Assembly (NCBI GenBank): GCA_964456925.1
Contig: CAYWCX010000001.1
Location: 10,800 to 74,799 of the forward strand
Source of the DNA: an uncultured Planctomycetales bacterium
Lineage (GTDB): Bacteria > Omnitrophota > Gorgyraeia > Gygaellales > Profunditerraquicolaceae
Direction: 5' to 3'
Length of the DNA stretch: 64,000 bases
The notes under the pieces were generated by a model. It had not been told where the DNA came from. It saw nothing but the letters and a program-made list of their open reading frames with translations, and ran no database searches. The position numbers were made by a program, and so were the translations under genes. Below are positions 51,604-61,644 of the stretch, piece after piece. Position 1 is the stretch's first letter. Each line of letters begins with the position of its first letter.

Positions 51604-51831
51604 ATGCTTAAAATTTGTGCGATCTGCGGCAAAAATCCCCTCTTAGGCAAGAACGTGGTCCGTAAAGGCCTTGCTAAAAGCAAAGGCGGCACCGGACAAA
51701 AGATTGTGCGCGCCACAAAGCGTCTCTTCCTGCCTAACCTGCAAAAGATGCGGTTATTGCTCGACAATAAACCCCGCCGGGTATATGTCTGCGCTAAATG
51801 CATCAAAAAGGGCGGGCTGGTCAAGGCCTGA
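51604..51831 (+). CDS. rpmB: 50S ribosomal protein L28
   Basis: 75 aa with CAICGKNPLLGKNVVRKGLAKSKGG ... KRLFLPNLQKMRL, matching the L28 KRRFLPNL motif. Confidence 0.8.
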   Translation: MLKICAICGKNPLLGKNVVRKGLAKSKGGTGQKIVRATKRLFLPNLQKMRLLLDNKPRRVYVCAKCIKKGGLVKA

Positions 51832-51847
51832 TTTCTTAAAATACCTT

Positions 51848-53539
51848 CTATTTAAAAAAGATGTCCTCGACCTCTAAGATAAAAGAACTTTCTCCCTGCC
51901 AATTATCCATCCGCGGGCTGTAAACCAAATCGAAACTTGCGGCATTTAAAAGGTTGGGGCAAAGGCTTGCCATGCCGAACCCTATTGCCTGATAGGTAAT
52001 ACTGCCGTCGGTTACCCAGAACTTCAGGGTATCCTTACCCAGCGCCTGCGGCGTGTTCTTAAGGGTGAGGTGGGGGGTATAAAATAACGGCTCGGCATTG
52101 CCGGTGCCGAACGGCTCCAGTATCGCCAGTTCCTCGGTCAGTTTTTCGCTAAGGTCCGAAAAACCCAGCTCCATATCAATCTCAATGCTGGGCAGCAGGT
52201 CTTCCAATAACAATTTTTCTTTGGCCAGGCGGTTAATGCTGTGCTTGAACTGCGCGATATTGTCTTTGGCAATCAACAACCCCACCGCGTGGCTGTGGCC
52301 TCCGAAGGAATCCAGGAATTCCCGGCAACCCAGCAGGGCATCAAAGAGGTGAAAGTTTTTGATGGAGCGGCCCGAGCCTTTACAGAGGTCTTCGTCTAAT
52401 GATATCAGGATAGTCGGGCGGTAAAACCTGTCTGCCAGCTTGGAAGCGACTATGCCCAATACGCCCTGATGCCAATCCTCCTTGGCAATCACGATAACCT
52501 TGTGCTCCTTAAAATTAATCTCTTTATCGATAATCGCCTCGGCCTCCTCTAGTATACTGTTCTCTACCTTCTGCCGCTGGCGATTATGGTTTTCTATCAA
52601 CGCCGCAAGTTCATCCGCCCTATCCTTGTTGCCGCTCAAAAGCAGTTCCAGCGCGATATCTGCGGTAGCCATCCTGCCGCTGGCATTCAACCGCGGCGCG
52701 AGGATATAACTGACAAAGGTAGGAGTGATATTTTTGCCCTTGATGCCGCTGGATTCCATAAGCGCCTCGAGGCCCATGTTTCTGGTGTGGGTAAGATTTT
52801 TAAGCCCCTCCCTTACGATAATGCGGTTCTCTCCTGTCAGAGGCACCACGTCCGCAATTGTTCCCAGCGCAACCAGGTCAAGATAGTCTTCTAAATCGTC
52901 CGCGGCAAGGGCCTGGCAGAACTTATAGGCTACTCCCACGCCGGCCAGGTCCCGGTATTTATAGTTGGAGTTTTTTACTTTGGGATTAAGGATCGCCGAG
53001 GCAGAGGGCAGTTGCTCTAAAGTTATCTGTTCATGATGGTCGGTAAGGATAACCTCGATATTATGTTTCCTTAAATCTTCTATCTCCCTGCGGCTGTTAA
53101 TACCGCAGTCTACCGTAATCAGGAGTTTAACCTGCCGTTCTTTTGCCAAACGCAGGATATTCTTGGTTAAGCCGTAACCTTCCTTGATGCGGTGAGGTAT
53201 ATAATGCAGGGCATCTATGCCCAAGCGCTTGAGTGTATTTTTCAGTATTGCCACGGCAGTAATGCCGTCAACATCATAATCCCCGAAGACCATCACCTTT
53301 TCTTTAGCGGCAGCCGCTTTCTTGACGAGCTCCACTGCCCGGCGCATATCCGTGAATGAATAAGGGTCTAAAAAGCCGCTTGCGTCGGCATCAAGGAACT
53401 TCCGGGCCTCTTCGGGATTCGTAATCCCGCGGTTAATCAAAAGCTGGGCAAATATCCGGGAGATGCCTAATCTGCTGCTTAATAAATTCTGAAGGGGCGC
53501 ATCAGGCGTGGCGATCTTGAGTATTTTATGCGCGGGCAT
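51848..53539 (-). CDS. recJ: single-stranded-DNA-specific exonuclease RecJ
   Basis: DHH motif (GDYDVDGITAVAIL ... TDHH) and DHHA1 domains; 563 aa. Confidence 0.9.
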   Translation of the reverse strand: MPAHKILKIATPDAPLQNLLSSRLGISRIFAQLLINRGITNPEEARKFLDADASGFLDPYSFTDMRRAVELVKKAAAAKEKVMVFGDYDVDGITAVAILKNTLKRLGIDALHYIPHRIKEGYGLTKNILRLAKERQVKLLITVDCGINSRREIEDLRKHNIEVILTDHHEQITLEQLPSASAILNPKVKNSNYKYRDLAGVGVAYKFCQALAADDLEDYLDLVALGTIADVVPLTGENRIIVREGLKNLTHTRNMGLEALMESSGIKGKNITPTFVSYILAPRLNASGRMATADIALELLLSGNKDRADELAALIENHNRQRQKVENSILEEAEAIIDKEINFKEHKVIVIAKEDWHQGVLGIVASKLADRFYRPTILISLDEDLCKGSGRSIKNFHLFDALLGCREFLDSFGGHSHAVGLLIAKDNIAQFKHSINRLAKEKLLLEDLLPSIEIDMELGFSDLSEKLTEELAILEPFGTGNAEPLFYTPHLTLKNTPQALGKDTLKFWVTDGSITYQAIGFGMASLCPNLLNAASFDLVYSPRMDNWQGESSFILEVEDIFFK

Positions 53540-53540
53540 G

Positions 53541-55190
53541 TTACATCTTCCTGGGGCTTGAGATGCCCAGTAAATCCAGGCCGCAGGAGATTACGATACG
53601 GCAAGCCTCGATAAGTGCGAGTCTTGCCTGGGTAAGCTGCTGGTCTTGTCCCAAGACACGGTGACGGTCATAGAACTTATGGAAGGTTTCCGCCAGCTCC
53701 TGCAGATAGACGGTGAGCATATAAGGGTCGGTGGTCTTCAGGCATACCTCCAGGATATAGAATAACTCCCAGAGTTTCTTGATTAAGGCAATTTCCTCGG
53801 GTTCTTCCAATAAAACCGGATTTAATTCTCGGGTTTTAAGTCTAAGCGGGCTGTTGCCGAGGATACTCGAGATGCGGGCATGGGCATACTGGACGTAATA
53901 AACCGGGTTCTCGCTGGTCTTCTTCTTGGCAACCTCGAGGTCGAAATCCAGGTGACTGTCGGTACGGCGCATCATAAAGAAAAAACGCGCGGCATCGCAA
54001 CCCACATCGTCAAGAACTTCCCGCAGCGTAATATACTGGCCGCGGCGGGTGGACATCTGAATCTGCTGTCCTGCCCGAAAGATAGTAGCCAGTTGCACGA
54101 TAATAAGAGACAGCGAATCCGCGTCCTTGCCGAGCGCCTGCACGGCGGCCTTAATCCTGCTGATGTAACCGTGGTGGTCAGGACCCCAGAGGTTAATCAA
54201 CCAGGTAAATCCGCGGCGGTACTTCTCGCGGTGATATGCGATATCCGGAGCAAGGTAGGTATAAGAGCCGTCGCTTTTAACCACCACCCTGTCCTTATCG
54301 TCGCCGAAGCGGGTGGATTTAAACCAGACCGCGCCGTCCTGGCGATAGAGTAAATCCTTCTGTTCTAAAAAACGCAGCGCCTTTTCGATCTTTCCGCTCT
54401 TACGCAATGCCTTCTGGCTGTACCAGCAATCAAACTCTACCCTGAAATCGCGCAACTCCCTTTTGATAATCTTAAGGATGTAATCTGCGGCGTAGGTGCC
54501 AAAATCGCCTACCCTGCATTTTTTAGCTTTAACGTTCCTGGCAATGTCTGAAATGTAATCGCCATGATAGTGGTCTTCGGGAAATTCAATTCTCTTTCCC
54601 TCTAATTCTTTAAGTCTTAATTCAACGGAATGCCCGAGAATGTTAATCTGGTTGCCTTCGTCATTAAGGTAATATTCCTTTTTAACCTTAAAACCCGCAA
54701 AATCCAGAACCTTTGCCAGGGCATCGCCTACTGCCGCCTGGCGCGCATGAGCAACGGATAACGGCCCGGTGGGATTGGCGCTCACGAACTCCAACAACAC
54801 CTTCCTGCCTCTTCCGGCATTGAACCTCAGGGTTTTTTTTCCTTTTCTGACGATATCGGCGAGGTAATCATAGAAATATTTCTCCTGCAGGTAAAAATTA
54901 ATAAAACCGCCTGCTGCCTTTACTTCTTTAACGTAAGGCTCAAGGCCGCATTTTTTGAGGCGGGCTTTAATGTTATCCGCGAGTTCCCCTGCTATTTGCG
55001 CCGGCGGGCTTTTAAGCTGGGCCGCAAGCCGAAGGGCGATGTTGCTGGCGAGGTCGCCGAAACGGTTGTCTTTCGGAAGCTCCAGATATAACCCTTCTTT
55101 TAACTTGTCGAAGACGCCCCGCTGCGGAGAGAGTTCTTCCAGCGCGTCTTTGATTACGGCTATTAATAAAGCGTTGATGTCAGTTTTCAT
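53541..55190 (-). CDS. argS: arginyl-tRNA synthetase
   Basis: 549 aa with class I HIGH-like SANPTGPLSVAHAR and a C-terminal DALR anticodon-binding domain. Confidence 0.9.
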   Translation of the reverse strand: MKTDINALLIAVIKDALEELSPQRGVFDKLKEGLYLELPKDNRFGDLASNIALRLAAQLKSPPAQIAGELADNIKARLKKCGLEPYVKEVKAAGGFINFYLQEKYFYDYLADIVRKGKKTLRFNAGRGRKVLLEFVSANPTGPLSVAHARQAAVGDALAKVLDFAGFKVKKEYYLNDEGNQINILGHSVELRLKELEGKRIEFPEDHYHGDYISDIARNVKAKKCRVGDFGTYAADYILKIIKRELRDFRVEFDCWYSQKALRKSGKIEKALRFLEQKDLLYRQDGAVWFKSTRFGDDKDRVVVKSDGSYTYLAPDIAYHREKYRRGFTWLINLWGPDHHGYISRIKAAVQALGKDADSLSLIIVQLATIFRAGQQIQMSTRRGQYITLREVLDDVGCDAARFFFMMRRTDSHLDFDLEVAKKKTSENPVYYVQYAHARISSILGNSPLRLKTRELNPVLLEEPEEIALIKKLWELFYILEVCLKTTDPYMLTVYLQELAETFHKFYDRHRVLGQDQQLTQARLALIEACRIVISCGLDLLGISSPRKM

Positions 55191-55237
55191 GTCTAGCGGT
55201 TGGAGTGATGTGCGGAATTTACGGAGTCAACGTCAAA

Positions 55238-55558
55238 TCAGAGCGCGCTTCTGGGGATCCTTACCCTTTTGGCATCGGACCAGAGGCGCTCCAGGCAATA
55301 AAATTCCCTTAGGGGCTTATAGAATATATGCGCGATGACGCTGGAATAATCCAGCACCACCCATCCGGATTCGTCGTTAGGTGAGACTTTGGAAAACGGT
55401 TTGATGCGCTCCTTCAACATCTCTTCCTCGATTGAACGTGCTACTGCATTTACCTGCCGAAGCGAGGTGGCGCTGGCGATCACAAAATAATCGCAGAAAC
55501 CCGCAATGCTGCGCATGTCCAGCACCGTTACCTTCTGAGCCTTCATTCCCCTCGCCAC
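55238..55558 (-). CDS. rsfS: ribosomal silencing factor RsfS (Iojap-like)
   Basis: DYFVIASATSLRQVNAVARSIEEEM motif; GTG start. Confidence 0.85.
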   Translation of the reverse strand: MARGMKAQKVTVLDMRSIAGFCDYFVIASATSLRQVNAVARSIEEEMLKERIKPFSKVSPNDESGWVVLDYSSVIAHIFYKPLREFYCLERLWSDAKRVRIPRSAL

Positions 55559-55639
55559 TGTTGCGATACGTAAGGCTATTTTTTTAGTATCTATCGCTCT
55601 CTCCCCCTTAAACTGCTTTTGGTACCCCGTTATTTAATA

Positions 55640-55680
55640 ATGCCGGAGGCTGAACTTGGTATCAGTCCCTCCTCCGGCAT
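55640..55680 (-). terminator. GC-rich 10-bp hairpin (AUGCCGGAGG ... CCUCCGGCAU) downstream of the small zinc-ribbon gene; possible terminator lacking a clean U-tract
   Basis: Perfect 10-bp stem with an inner CUGA/UCAG extension, followed by UAUUAAAUAA on the minus-strand RNA. Confidence 0.35.
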
Positions 55681-55729
55681 ACCTTTAAACTTTATTATAT
55701 TAACAATCCGTCTTTAGACAAACGGCTGG

Positions 55730-55879
55730 TTATTTCGTTCCCAGAATCTTATACATTCCCGTGCCGCAATCAGGACATTTGCCCTTCACCGCAAGGCGGC
55801 CGTTCTTCATCGTAACCTTCTGTTCGTCTTTCATCTCCTTTTTGCCTTTGCACTTGACGCAATATCCTTTTTCTGCCAT
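55730..55879 (-). CDS. unannotated 49-aa zinc-ribbon protein (MAEKGYCVKCKGKKEMKDEQKVTMKNGRLAVKGKCPDCGTGMYKILGTK); resembles widespread ~50-aa CxxC...CxxCG proteins, possibly DUF5679-like
   Basis: Found by manual translation; it falls below the 60-aa cutoff of the ORF track. AAGGAGG RBS lies 5 nt upstream of the ATG. Has its own promoter (TTGACA, 17 nt, TAAGAT) and two CxxC pairs. Confidence 0.7.
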   Translation of the reverse strand: MAEKGYCVKCKGKKEMKDEQKVTMKNGRLAVKGKCPDCGTGMYKILGTK

Positions 55880-55906
55880 TGCTTCCTCCTTTTTGCAATT
55901 TTTTCT

Positions 55907-55935
55907 ATCTTATCACAGCTTCTATGCCGTGTCAA
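55907..55935 (-). promoter_or_regulatory. promoter for the small zinc-ribbon gene: TTGACA, 17-nt spacer, TAAGAT
   Basis: Minus-strand reading is TTGACAcggcatagaagctgtgaTAAGATagaaaaaattgcaaaAAGGAGGaagcaATG. Confidence 0.5.
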
Positions 55936-55985
55936 TGTCGCTTAAGTTATTATAGAGTGATATTATACAATAAAAAAACAGCGGG

Positions 55986-57011
55986 TCAATGCTTATTTGT
56001 CAGGTTATTGGTTTGCTCCTCATCAATCTCGCCGACAATCTCTTCAAGAAGGTCCTCGAGGGTAACCAGCCCCAGGGTTTTATTGTTGGCGTCTACCACG
56101 ATAGCAATCTGGATTTTACTGGCCTGGAATTTACGCAAAAGTTCGTTTACGCGCGTGGAAGTCGCTACGCTATACGCCGGATGCAATAAATCCTGCAGAA
56201 GGAACAGCCCTTTGTCGCGCAATACGTAAAGGAGGTCGCGGGCATAGATGATCCCGATAATATTATCCACGGATTCGGAGTACACCGGCAGCCTCGCATG
56301 GCCTTCTTCCACGAAGGTATTCAGGAGTGTCTCCGGGGTACTATTGATGTTAACGGCGACGATTTTTTCTTTCGGCACCATTGCTTCGCTCACCCTGGTA
56401 TCGCCAAACTCAAAAATGCGGTGGAGCATCTTTCTTTCCTCGTCGCTTAAAACCCCTTCTTCCTTGCCGACCTCGATCATCGTACGCAATTCCTCCTCGG
56501 TAATAAGCGGAGACCTCTTGGAGGGGCCGAGGCCGAAGATCTTTAATATTAAATTGCTGGTAAGGGTAAATATGAGGATTATCGGATGAAAAATCCTGAT
56601 AAATAATTCCATTAACGGCGCGGTAAAGAGTGCTACCTTCTCGGTATGCTTGGCGGCTAAAATCTTGGGGGTTATTTCGCACATAATCAGCACAAAAAAA
56701 CTGGAGGCGAACGTCGCTATTATTACCCCGAGGCGATAACCGAATATCTGCACCATAATACCGGTAACGATGGCAGAAATCGCGATATTCACGAAATCGT
56801 TCCCGATTAAAATAGCGGCGATAAATTTATCCAACCGGGTAAGAAGCCGCTGGATAACCTTGGCGCGCTTTACCCCCTTCGCAATCATATGCCGTAATTT
56901 TATCTTGCTTAAACCTATGACCGCGGTCTCGGAAGCGGAAAAGAAAAAGGAAAACACCGCTAAAATAAGTATAAAGAATACCATTAATGGAGAAAATGCC
57001 GTCATAAACAC
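55986..57011 (-). CDS. HlyC/CorC-family transporter (CNNM/DUF21 TM domain, CBS pair, CorC_HlyC domain)
   Basis: Four-TM N-terminus, CBS-pair region, and a C-terminal transporter-associated domain; 341 aa. Confidence 0.8.
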   Translation of the reverse strand: MFMTAFSPLMVFFILILAVFSFFFSASETAVIGLSKIKLRHMIAKGVKRAKVIQRLLTRLDKFIAAILIGNDFVNIAISAIVTGIMVQIFGYRLGVIIATFASSFFVLIMCEITPKILAAKHTEKVALFTAPLMELFIRIFHPIILIFTLTSNLILKIFGLGPSKRSPLITEEELRTMIEVGKEEGVLSDEERKMLHRIFEFGDTRVSEAMVPKEKIVAVNINSTPETLLNTFVEEGHARLPVYSESVDNIIGIIYARDLLYVLRDKGLFLLQDLLHPAYSVATSTRVNELLRKFQASKIQIAIVVDANNKTLGLVTLEDLLEEIVGEIDEEQTNNLTNKH

Positions 57012-58267
57012 AACTCCTTGATTATCCTGTTTTCTGCACGGCGAAGCGGGCCGATTAAGGCGATGTTTAAATTGGCTTCGCGGAATATCCGGCGGCCGGC
57101 CTCGCGCACATCCTCCCGCCTGACCCTGGCCACCTCCCTGACAACCTCCTCAAGAGAATAAGTCCTGTTCAGGGCAGCGGTGGATTCTCCGATCCAGAGC
57201 ATATGTTCCAGGGTATCTTCGAGGCTAAGCATAAGCTGCCCTAAATAAAATTCCTTGGCGCGCCTGAACTCGTCGGCGCCCACGAGGTTCTGTTTGACGC
57301 GCACCAATTCCTTTAATATTACCGCTACGGCATCGCCCGTCCTGCGGTTATCGATTCCGGCGTGCACCAGGAAGGTGCCGGTATCCTGAAAACGTTTTAC
57401 ATGCGTCCCGATTTCGTAGGCCAGCCCTCTTTTTTCCCGCACCTCATTAAAAAGCCGGCTGGACATATTCGCGCCTAAAATTATATGCAGGATACCCAGG
57501 GCGTGCCGCAAGGGGTGGTCGCGCTTGAAACCGTGAAACCCTATAGCCAGGTGCGTCTGCTCGGTATCCCTGGCAACTATCTTAAGCTGCGGTTCAACCT
57601 GTTCCTCTCTGGCCGCTACAAACACATTCCTGGTTTTACCGTCCAGCCCGCCAAAAATCCTCTCTGCTTTTTTTCTAAAATCGCGGTAAATGAATTTACC
57701 GCAGACGCTGATTACCATGTTTAAAGGGGTATAACAGTACTGGCGGTAGAGGAGGAGGTCTTTACGGTTTATCCTTCCCACCGACGCCGGTGTCCCGGTG
57801 ATGCTCATACCGAGCGGCTGGCCGGGCCAGAGCAGCTCATCTAGCAGTTCATAGACATAACTCTGCGGCTGGTCGCGGTACATCTTAATCTCTTCAAGGA
57901 TGACGGTGCGCTCCTTATCAATCTCTTCCTGCAAGAGCAGGGGATGCATTACCATATCGGATAATATATCCAGGGCGAGGTTGAGGTAGCGTGCCGGTAT
58001 CTTTACCAGATAACAGGTCAGCTCCTCGCTGGTAAAGCCGTTTAAGGAGCCGCCCGCGCCTTCGAGGGATTCCTTGATTTTACGGCAGGAGTATTTATTG
58101 CTGCCTTTAAAAAGGAGGTGTTCCAGGTAGTGGCTGATACCCTTGAATTTATGGGATTCATACCTGCCGCCGACATTAATCCAGATCCCCAGGGCAGCAG
58201 ACTGCATATCCTGCATCGGGTATGCTACGATACGCACCCCATTCTTCAATGTTGACTTTTGGTACAT
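57002..58267 (-). CDS. M16-family (pitrilysin-like) zinc peptidase
   Basis: Inverted zinc motif HxxEH (HYLEHLLFKG) with a downstream E; 421 aa. Confidence 0.85.
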   Translation of the reverse strand: MYQKSTLKNGVRIVAYPMQDMQSAALGIWINVGGRYESHKFKGISHYLEHLLFKGSNKYSCRKIKESLEGAGGSLNGFTSEELTCYLVKIPARYLNLALDILSDMVMHPLLLQEEIDKERTVILEEIKMYRDQPQSYVYELLDELLWPGQPLGMSITGTPASVGRINRKDLLLYRQYCYTPLNMVISVCGKFIYRDFRKKAERIFGGLDGKTRNVFVAAREEQVEPQLKIVARDTEQTHLAIGFHGFKRDHPLRHALGILHIILGANMSSRLFNEVREKRGLAYEIGTHVKRFQDTGTFLVHAGIDNRRTGDAVAVILKELVRVKQNLVGADEFRRAKEFYLGQLMLSLEDTLEHMLWIGESTAALNRTYSLEEVVREVARVRREDVREAGRRIFREANLNIALIGPLRRAENRIIKELCL

Positions 58268-58269
58268 CT

Positions 58270-59055
58270 TTAACCTTTTAGGGCTGAAATAAAACTTAGC
58301 GTTCTTTTTACGAGGTCGGGCCTGCCGATATCCTGCCTAATCTTTTTTACAATGGCGCTGCCTACGATTACGCCGTCGGCAACCCGGGAAAGCTCTTTTA
58401 CCTGCTGGTGCGTCGAAACCCCGAACCCTACGCAGACAGGCTTGGAGGTATATTTTTTTATCTCGCGGATATGCTCCGCTAACCCTACGGGGAGCCTCTT
58501 GCGCGCCCCGGTGACTCCGGTCAAGGAAACATAATAGATAAAACCGCGGGAGGTGCGCGCGATGTATTTTATGCGGCGGGCGCTGGTGGTGGGAGAAATA
58601 AAACATATTACGTCTAAGCGGTATTTACGGGCTAACCTTAGCAAGGATTTCCCCTCCTCGGGAGGAAGATCCGGAATAATCACTCCGTCCACCCCGGCGA
58701 GAGAAGCGTTTTTCATAAATCTTTCTTCTCCGAAACAGAAGATGGGGTTATAGTAAGTCATCAGGCATATCGGTATGCCGGTATAGCGGCGGATATCTTT
58801 GACGGATTTCAGAATCCGACTAAGATTTACGCTCTTTTTCAGCGCAAACTGCGATGACTCCTGTATCACCGGCCCGTCTGCCATGGGGTCGGAAAAGGGC
58901 ACGCCTAATTCGACGAGGTCAACCCCTGCGACAGCAAACCCCTTTGCCAGCTTTTCGGTAATGGCCAGACTCGGATAACCGGCAGTAATAAAAGCGATAA
59001 AAGCCTTTTGTTTTTTCTTTTTCAAATCCCTGAATTTGGCTTCAATCCTGTTCAT
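58270..59055 (-). CDS. trpA: tryptophan synthase alpha chain
   Basis: TIM-barrel TrpA ([10 protein letters not shown] ... [17 protein letters not shown]). Confidence 0.92.
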   Translation of the reverse strand: MNRIEAKFRDLKKKKQKAFIAFITAGYPSLAITEKLAKGFAVAGVDLVELGVPFSDPMADGPVIQESSQFALKKSVNLSRILKSVKDIRRYTGIPICLMTYYNPIFCFGEERFMKNASLAGVDGVIIPDLPPEEGKSLLRLARKYRLDVICFISPTTSARRIKYIARTSRGFIYYVSLTGVTGARKRLPVGLAEHIREIKKYTSKPVCVGFGVSTHQQVKELSRVADGVIVGSAIVKKIRQDIGRPDLVKRTLSFISALKG

Positions 59056-60236
59056 AGTTTTAACCTCTTGGCAACGACATAGGTATCCTTGTCCCCCCGT
59101 CCGGAAAGACAGACAATAATAATAGAGTTCTTCTTTATCCTGCGCCGCAGGCTGGTAAGATAAAACACGGCGTGCGCCGGCTCCAGGGCAGGAATGATGC
59201 CCTCGGTTTGCGATAATATCTTAAATCCTTCCAGGGCGCATTTATCGTCAACCGCAACATACTGCGCGCGGCCGATTTTTTTATAGTAGGCGTGCTCCGG
59301 CCCTACCCCGGGATAATCCAGGCCTGCGGCAATGGAGTGTGCGGTCTTAACCTGGCCGTCGCGGTCTTCCAGAAGGTCGGATTTGGAGCCGTGTAATACT
59401 CCCGGCTTGCCGGCTACCAGCGTAGCGGAATGTTTGCCCGAAGAAAGGCCCAATCCCGCTGCCTCCACGCCGATGAATTTGACGCTCGGCTCCGCAAAAA
59501 ACGGATGGAATAATCCCATGGCATTGCTGCCTCCGCCCACGCAAGCCACCAGATAATCAGGCAATCTTTTTTCCTTGCTTAAAATTTGCCTCTTTGCTTC
59601 GCGGCCGATTACCGCCTGAAAATCCCGCACCATCATCGGATAGGGATGCGGGCCGGCAACGCTGCCGATAATATAATGGGTGTTACGCACGTTAGTAACC
59701 CAGTCCCGCAGCGCCTCGGTCATCGCATCCTTTAAGGTGCGCGAGCCGCTTTTAACCGGAACCACGCGGGCACCCAGCAGTTTCATACGGAAGACATTCA
59801 ATTCCTGCCTGCGGATATCCTCTTCGCCCATATAGACTGCGCATTCCAGGCCGAAGAGCGCTGCTACCGTGGCTGTAGCAACTCCGTGCTGGCCAGCACC
59901 GGTCTCGGCGATAATACGCTTCTTGCCCATGCGCCGCGCGAGAATTATCTGGCCCAGGGTATTGTTAATCTTGTGCGCGCCGGTATGTAAAAGGTCCTCC
60001 CTTTTAAGGTAAACCTTTGAAATGCCTAAATAGCGGCTTAAGTTGCGCGCGAGGTATAAAGGGGTAGGCCGGCCCGCATACTCCTTTAAATAATAAGCGA
60101 GCTCCTGGGCGAACTTTTTGTCTCTTTTAGCCCTTGAGTATTCATGCTCCAATTCGTCCAGGGCATAAATGAGGGTTTCGGGGACGAACCTGCCGCCGAA
60201 ACTGTTAAAATGACCTTTTTTATCCGGTAACATCAC
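59052..60236 (-). CDS. trpB: tryptophan synthase beta chain
   Basis: PLP-lysine motif HTGAHKINN and GGGSNAMG. Confidence 0.95.
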   Translation of the reverse strand: MMLPDKKGHFNSFGGRFVPETLIYALDELEHEYSRAKRDKKFAQELAYYLKEYAGRPTPLYLARNLSRYLGISKVYLKREDLLHTGAHKINNTLGQIILARRMGKKRIIAETGAGQHGVATATVAALFGLECAVYMGEEDIRRQELNVFRMKLLGARVVPVKSGSRTLKDAMTEALRDWVTNVRNTHYIIGSVAGPHPYPMMVRDFQAVIGREAKRQILSKEKRLPDYLVACVGGGSNAMGLFHPFFAEPSVKFIGVEAAGLGLSSGKHSATLVAGKPGVLHGSKSDLLEDRDGQVKTAHSIAAGLDYPGVGPEHAYYKKIGRAQYVAVDDKCALEGFKILSQTEGIIPALEPAHAVFYLTSLRRRIKKNSIIIVCLSGRGDKDTYVVAKRLKL

Positions 60237-60859
60237 AAGCTCCTTTTAGATTTCACTCTTCTTACGAACCTGACAATCTTATAATAATCTTTTTTACCCG
60301 GCTTAGACTCCAGGGAACCGGAGACATCCACCCAATCGGGATGCACCATTCTGATTGCCCTCAGGACATTATTATAATTCAAGCCCCCGGATAAAAATAG
60401 CGGTTTTCTTATCGCGCCTAACCCCCGCAGCAGCTTCCAGTTAAAACGCCTGCCTGTCCCTCCGGGCCGGGATTTCACATAAGTGTCAAAAAGGTAAGCG
60501 AAGGTGTGGTATTTTAAAACCTCCGCTAAATCTATCCTGTCCTTGATGCGAAAAGATTTAATAATGCGGTAGCGCTTGAATTTTTCGCAAAATGCGGGGG
60601 TTTCCCGCCCATGAAATTGCAGTATAGCAAGCCTGCAGGATTTGGCAATATCTTTTATTTTTTCGGCAGGCATATCCACAAAAACTCCGACCTTGGCTAC
60701 TCTTTTAGGCAGGAGTTTTATGATCTGCCTCGCTTTTTGGGGCGCGATATAACGCGGGCTCTTTTTATAAAAAACAAAGCCCAGCGCATCGCAGCCGGCA
60801 ATCACCGCGGCCAGGGCATCTTCAAGATTAGTGATACCGCAAACCTTGACTTTTACCAT
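60233..60859 (-). CDS. trpF: phosphoribosylanthranilate isomerase
   Basis: [17 protein letters not shown]-terminus; 208 aa. Confidence 0.9.
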   Translation of the reverse strand: MVKVKVCGITNLEDALAAVIAGCDALGFVFYKKSPRYIAPQKARQIIKLLPKRVAKVGVFVDMPAEKIKDIAKSCRLAILQFHGRETPAFCEKFKRYRIIKSFRIKDRIDLAEVLKYHTFAYLFDTYVKSRPGGTGRRFNWKLLRGLGAIRKPLFLSGGLNYNNVLRAIRMVHPDWVDVSGSLESKPGKKDYYKIVRFVRRVKSKRSL

Positions 60860-61644
60860 CCCATGATTTCTTCAACCTTGCGCCGGATATCCTGGCTGCT
60901 CATGAAGGCCTCGCCTATCAGCACCGCGCTCACCCCCAGGATTTTTAAAAACAGGATATCCTGATAGCTCTTTAACCCGCTCTCCACTACCACTATCTTA
61001 TCCTTGGGGGTTAAGGTAAAAAGGCGTTGGGTAGTATTAAAATCCACCTCTAAAGTATGCAGGTTGCGGTTATTGATGCCGATAAGGTCGATATTTTTAA
61101 GTTTGAGTATCTTTTTTAATTCCTTTTCTTCGTGCACCTCGACTAAAACCGCCAGGCCAAGGCCCTTGGCAATCTCGGCCATTTCGGAAATGCTGTCCTG
61201 AGTAAGGAGCGCGGCGATTAAAAGCACGGCGTCAGCGCCGAAAAAACGCGACTCATACACCTGATAAGGCTCAAGGATGAAATCCTTCCTTAAAACAGGC
61301 AGGCTGGTGATACCCTTGGCGTCATTAAGGTAAGAGATCTTCCCCTGAAAATAATCCTCTTCGGTTAATACCGAGAGCGCCTGTGCTCCGGCCTCCTGGT
61401 AGGTGCGGGCAATATCCTGCACGTTAAAATTCTCGCGGATTACCCCTGCGGAAGGCGATGCCTTTTTAATTTCCGCGATGAGAGAAATCTGGCGCGGCTT
61501 ATGAATCGCCTCAATAAAAGGCCGCGCAGGCCCCAGCGCCTGCATCCGGGATTTCAATTCCTCCTCAGGCAACTGCTGTTTGGCGAAAACCAACCTCTCA
61601 TTCTTCTTAGCCGCTATCTCTTTAAGAAAATCCTCTTTTTTCAT
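60853..61644 (-). CDS. trpC: indole-3-glycerol phosphate synthase
   Basis: IAEIKKASPSAGVI motif; 263 aa. Confidence 0.92.
   Translation of the reverse strand: MKKEDFLKEIAAKKNERLVFAKQQLPEEELKSRMQALGPARPFIEAIHKPRQISLIAEIKKASPSAGVIRENFNVQDIARTYQEAGAQALSVLTEEDYFQGKISYLNDAKGITSLPVLRKDFILEPYQVYESRFFGADAVLLIAALLTQDSISEMAEIAKGLGLAVLVEVHEEKELKKILKLKNIDLIGINNRNLHTLEVDFNTTQRLFTLTPKDKIVVVESGLKSYQDILFLKILGVSAVLIGEAFMSSQDIRRKVEEIMGW

Noticed and set aside
55986-56010. Intrinsic terminator immediately after the corC stop
   Set aside because: The T-run (TTTTTTTAT) is present, but no convincing upstream inverted repeat could be found on the minus strand.
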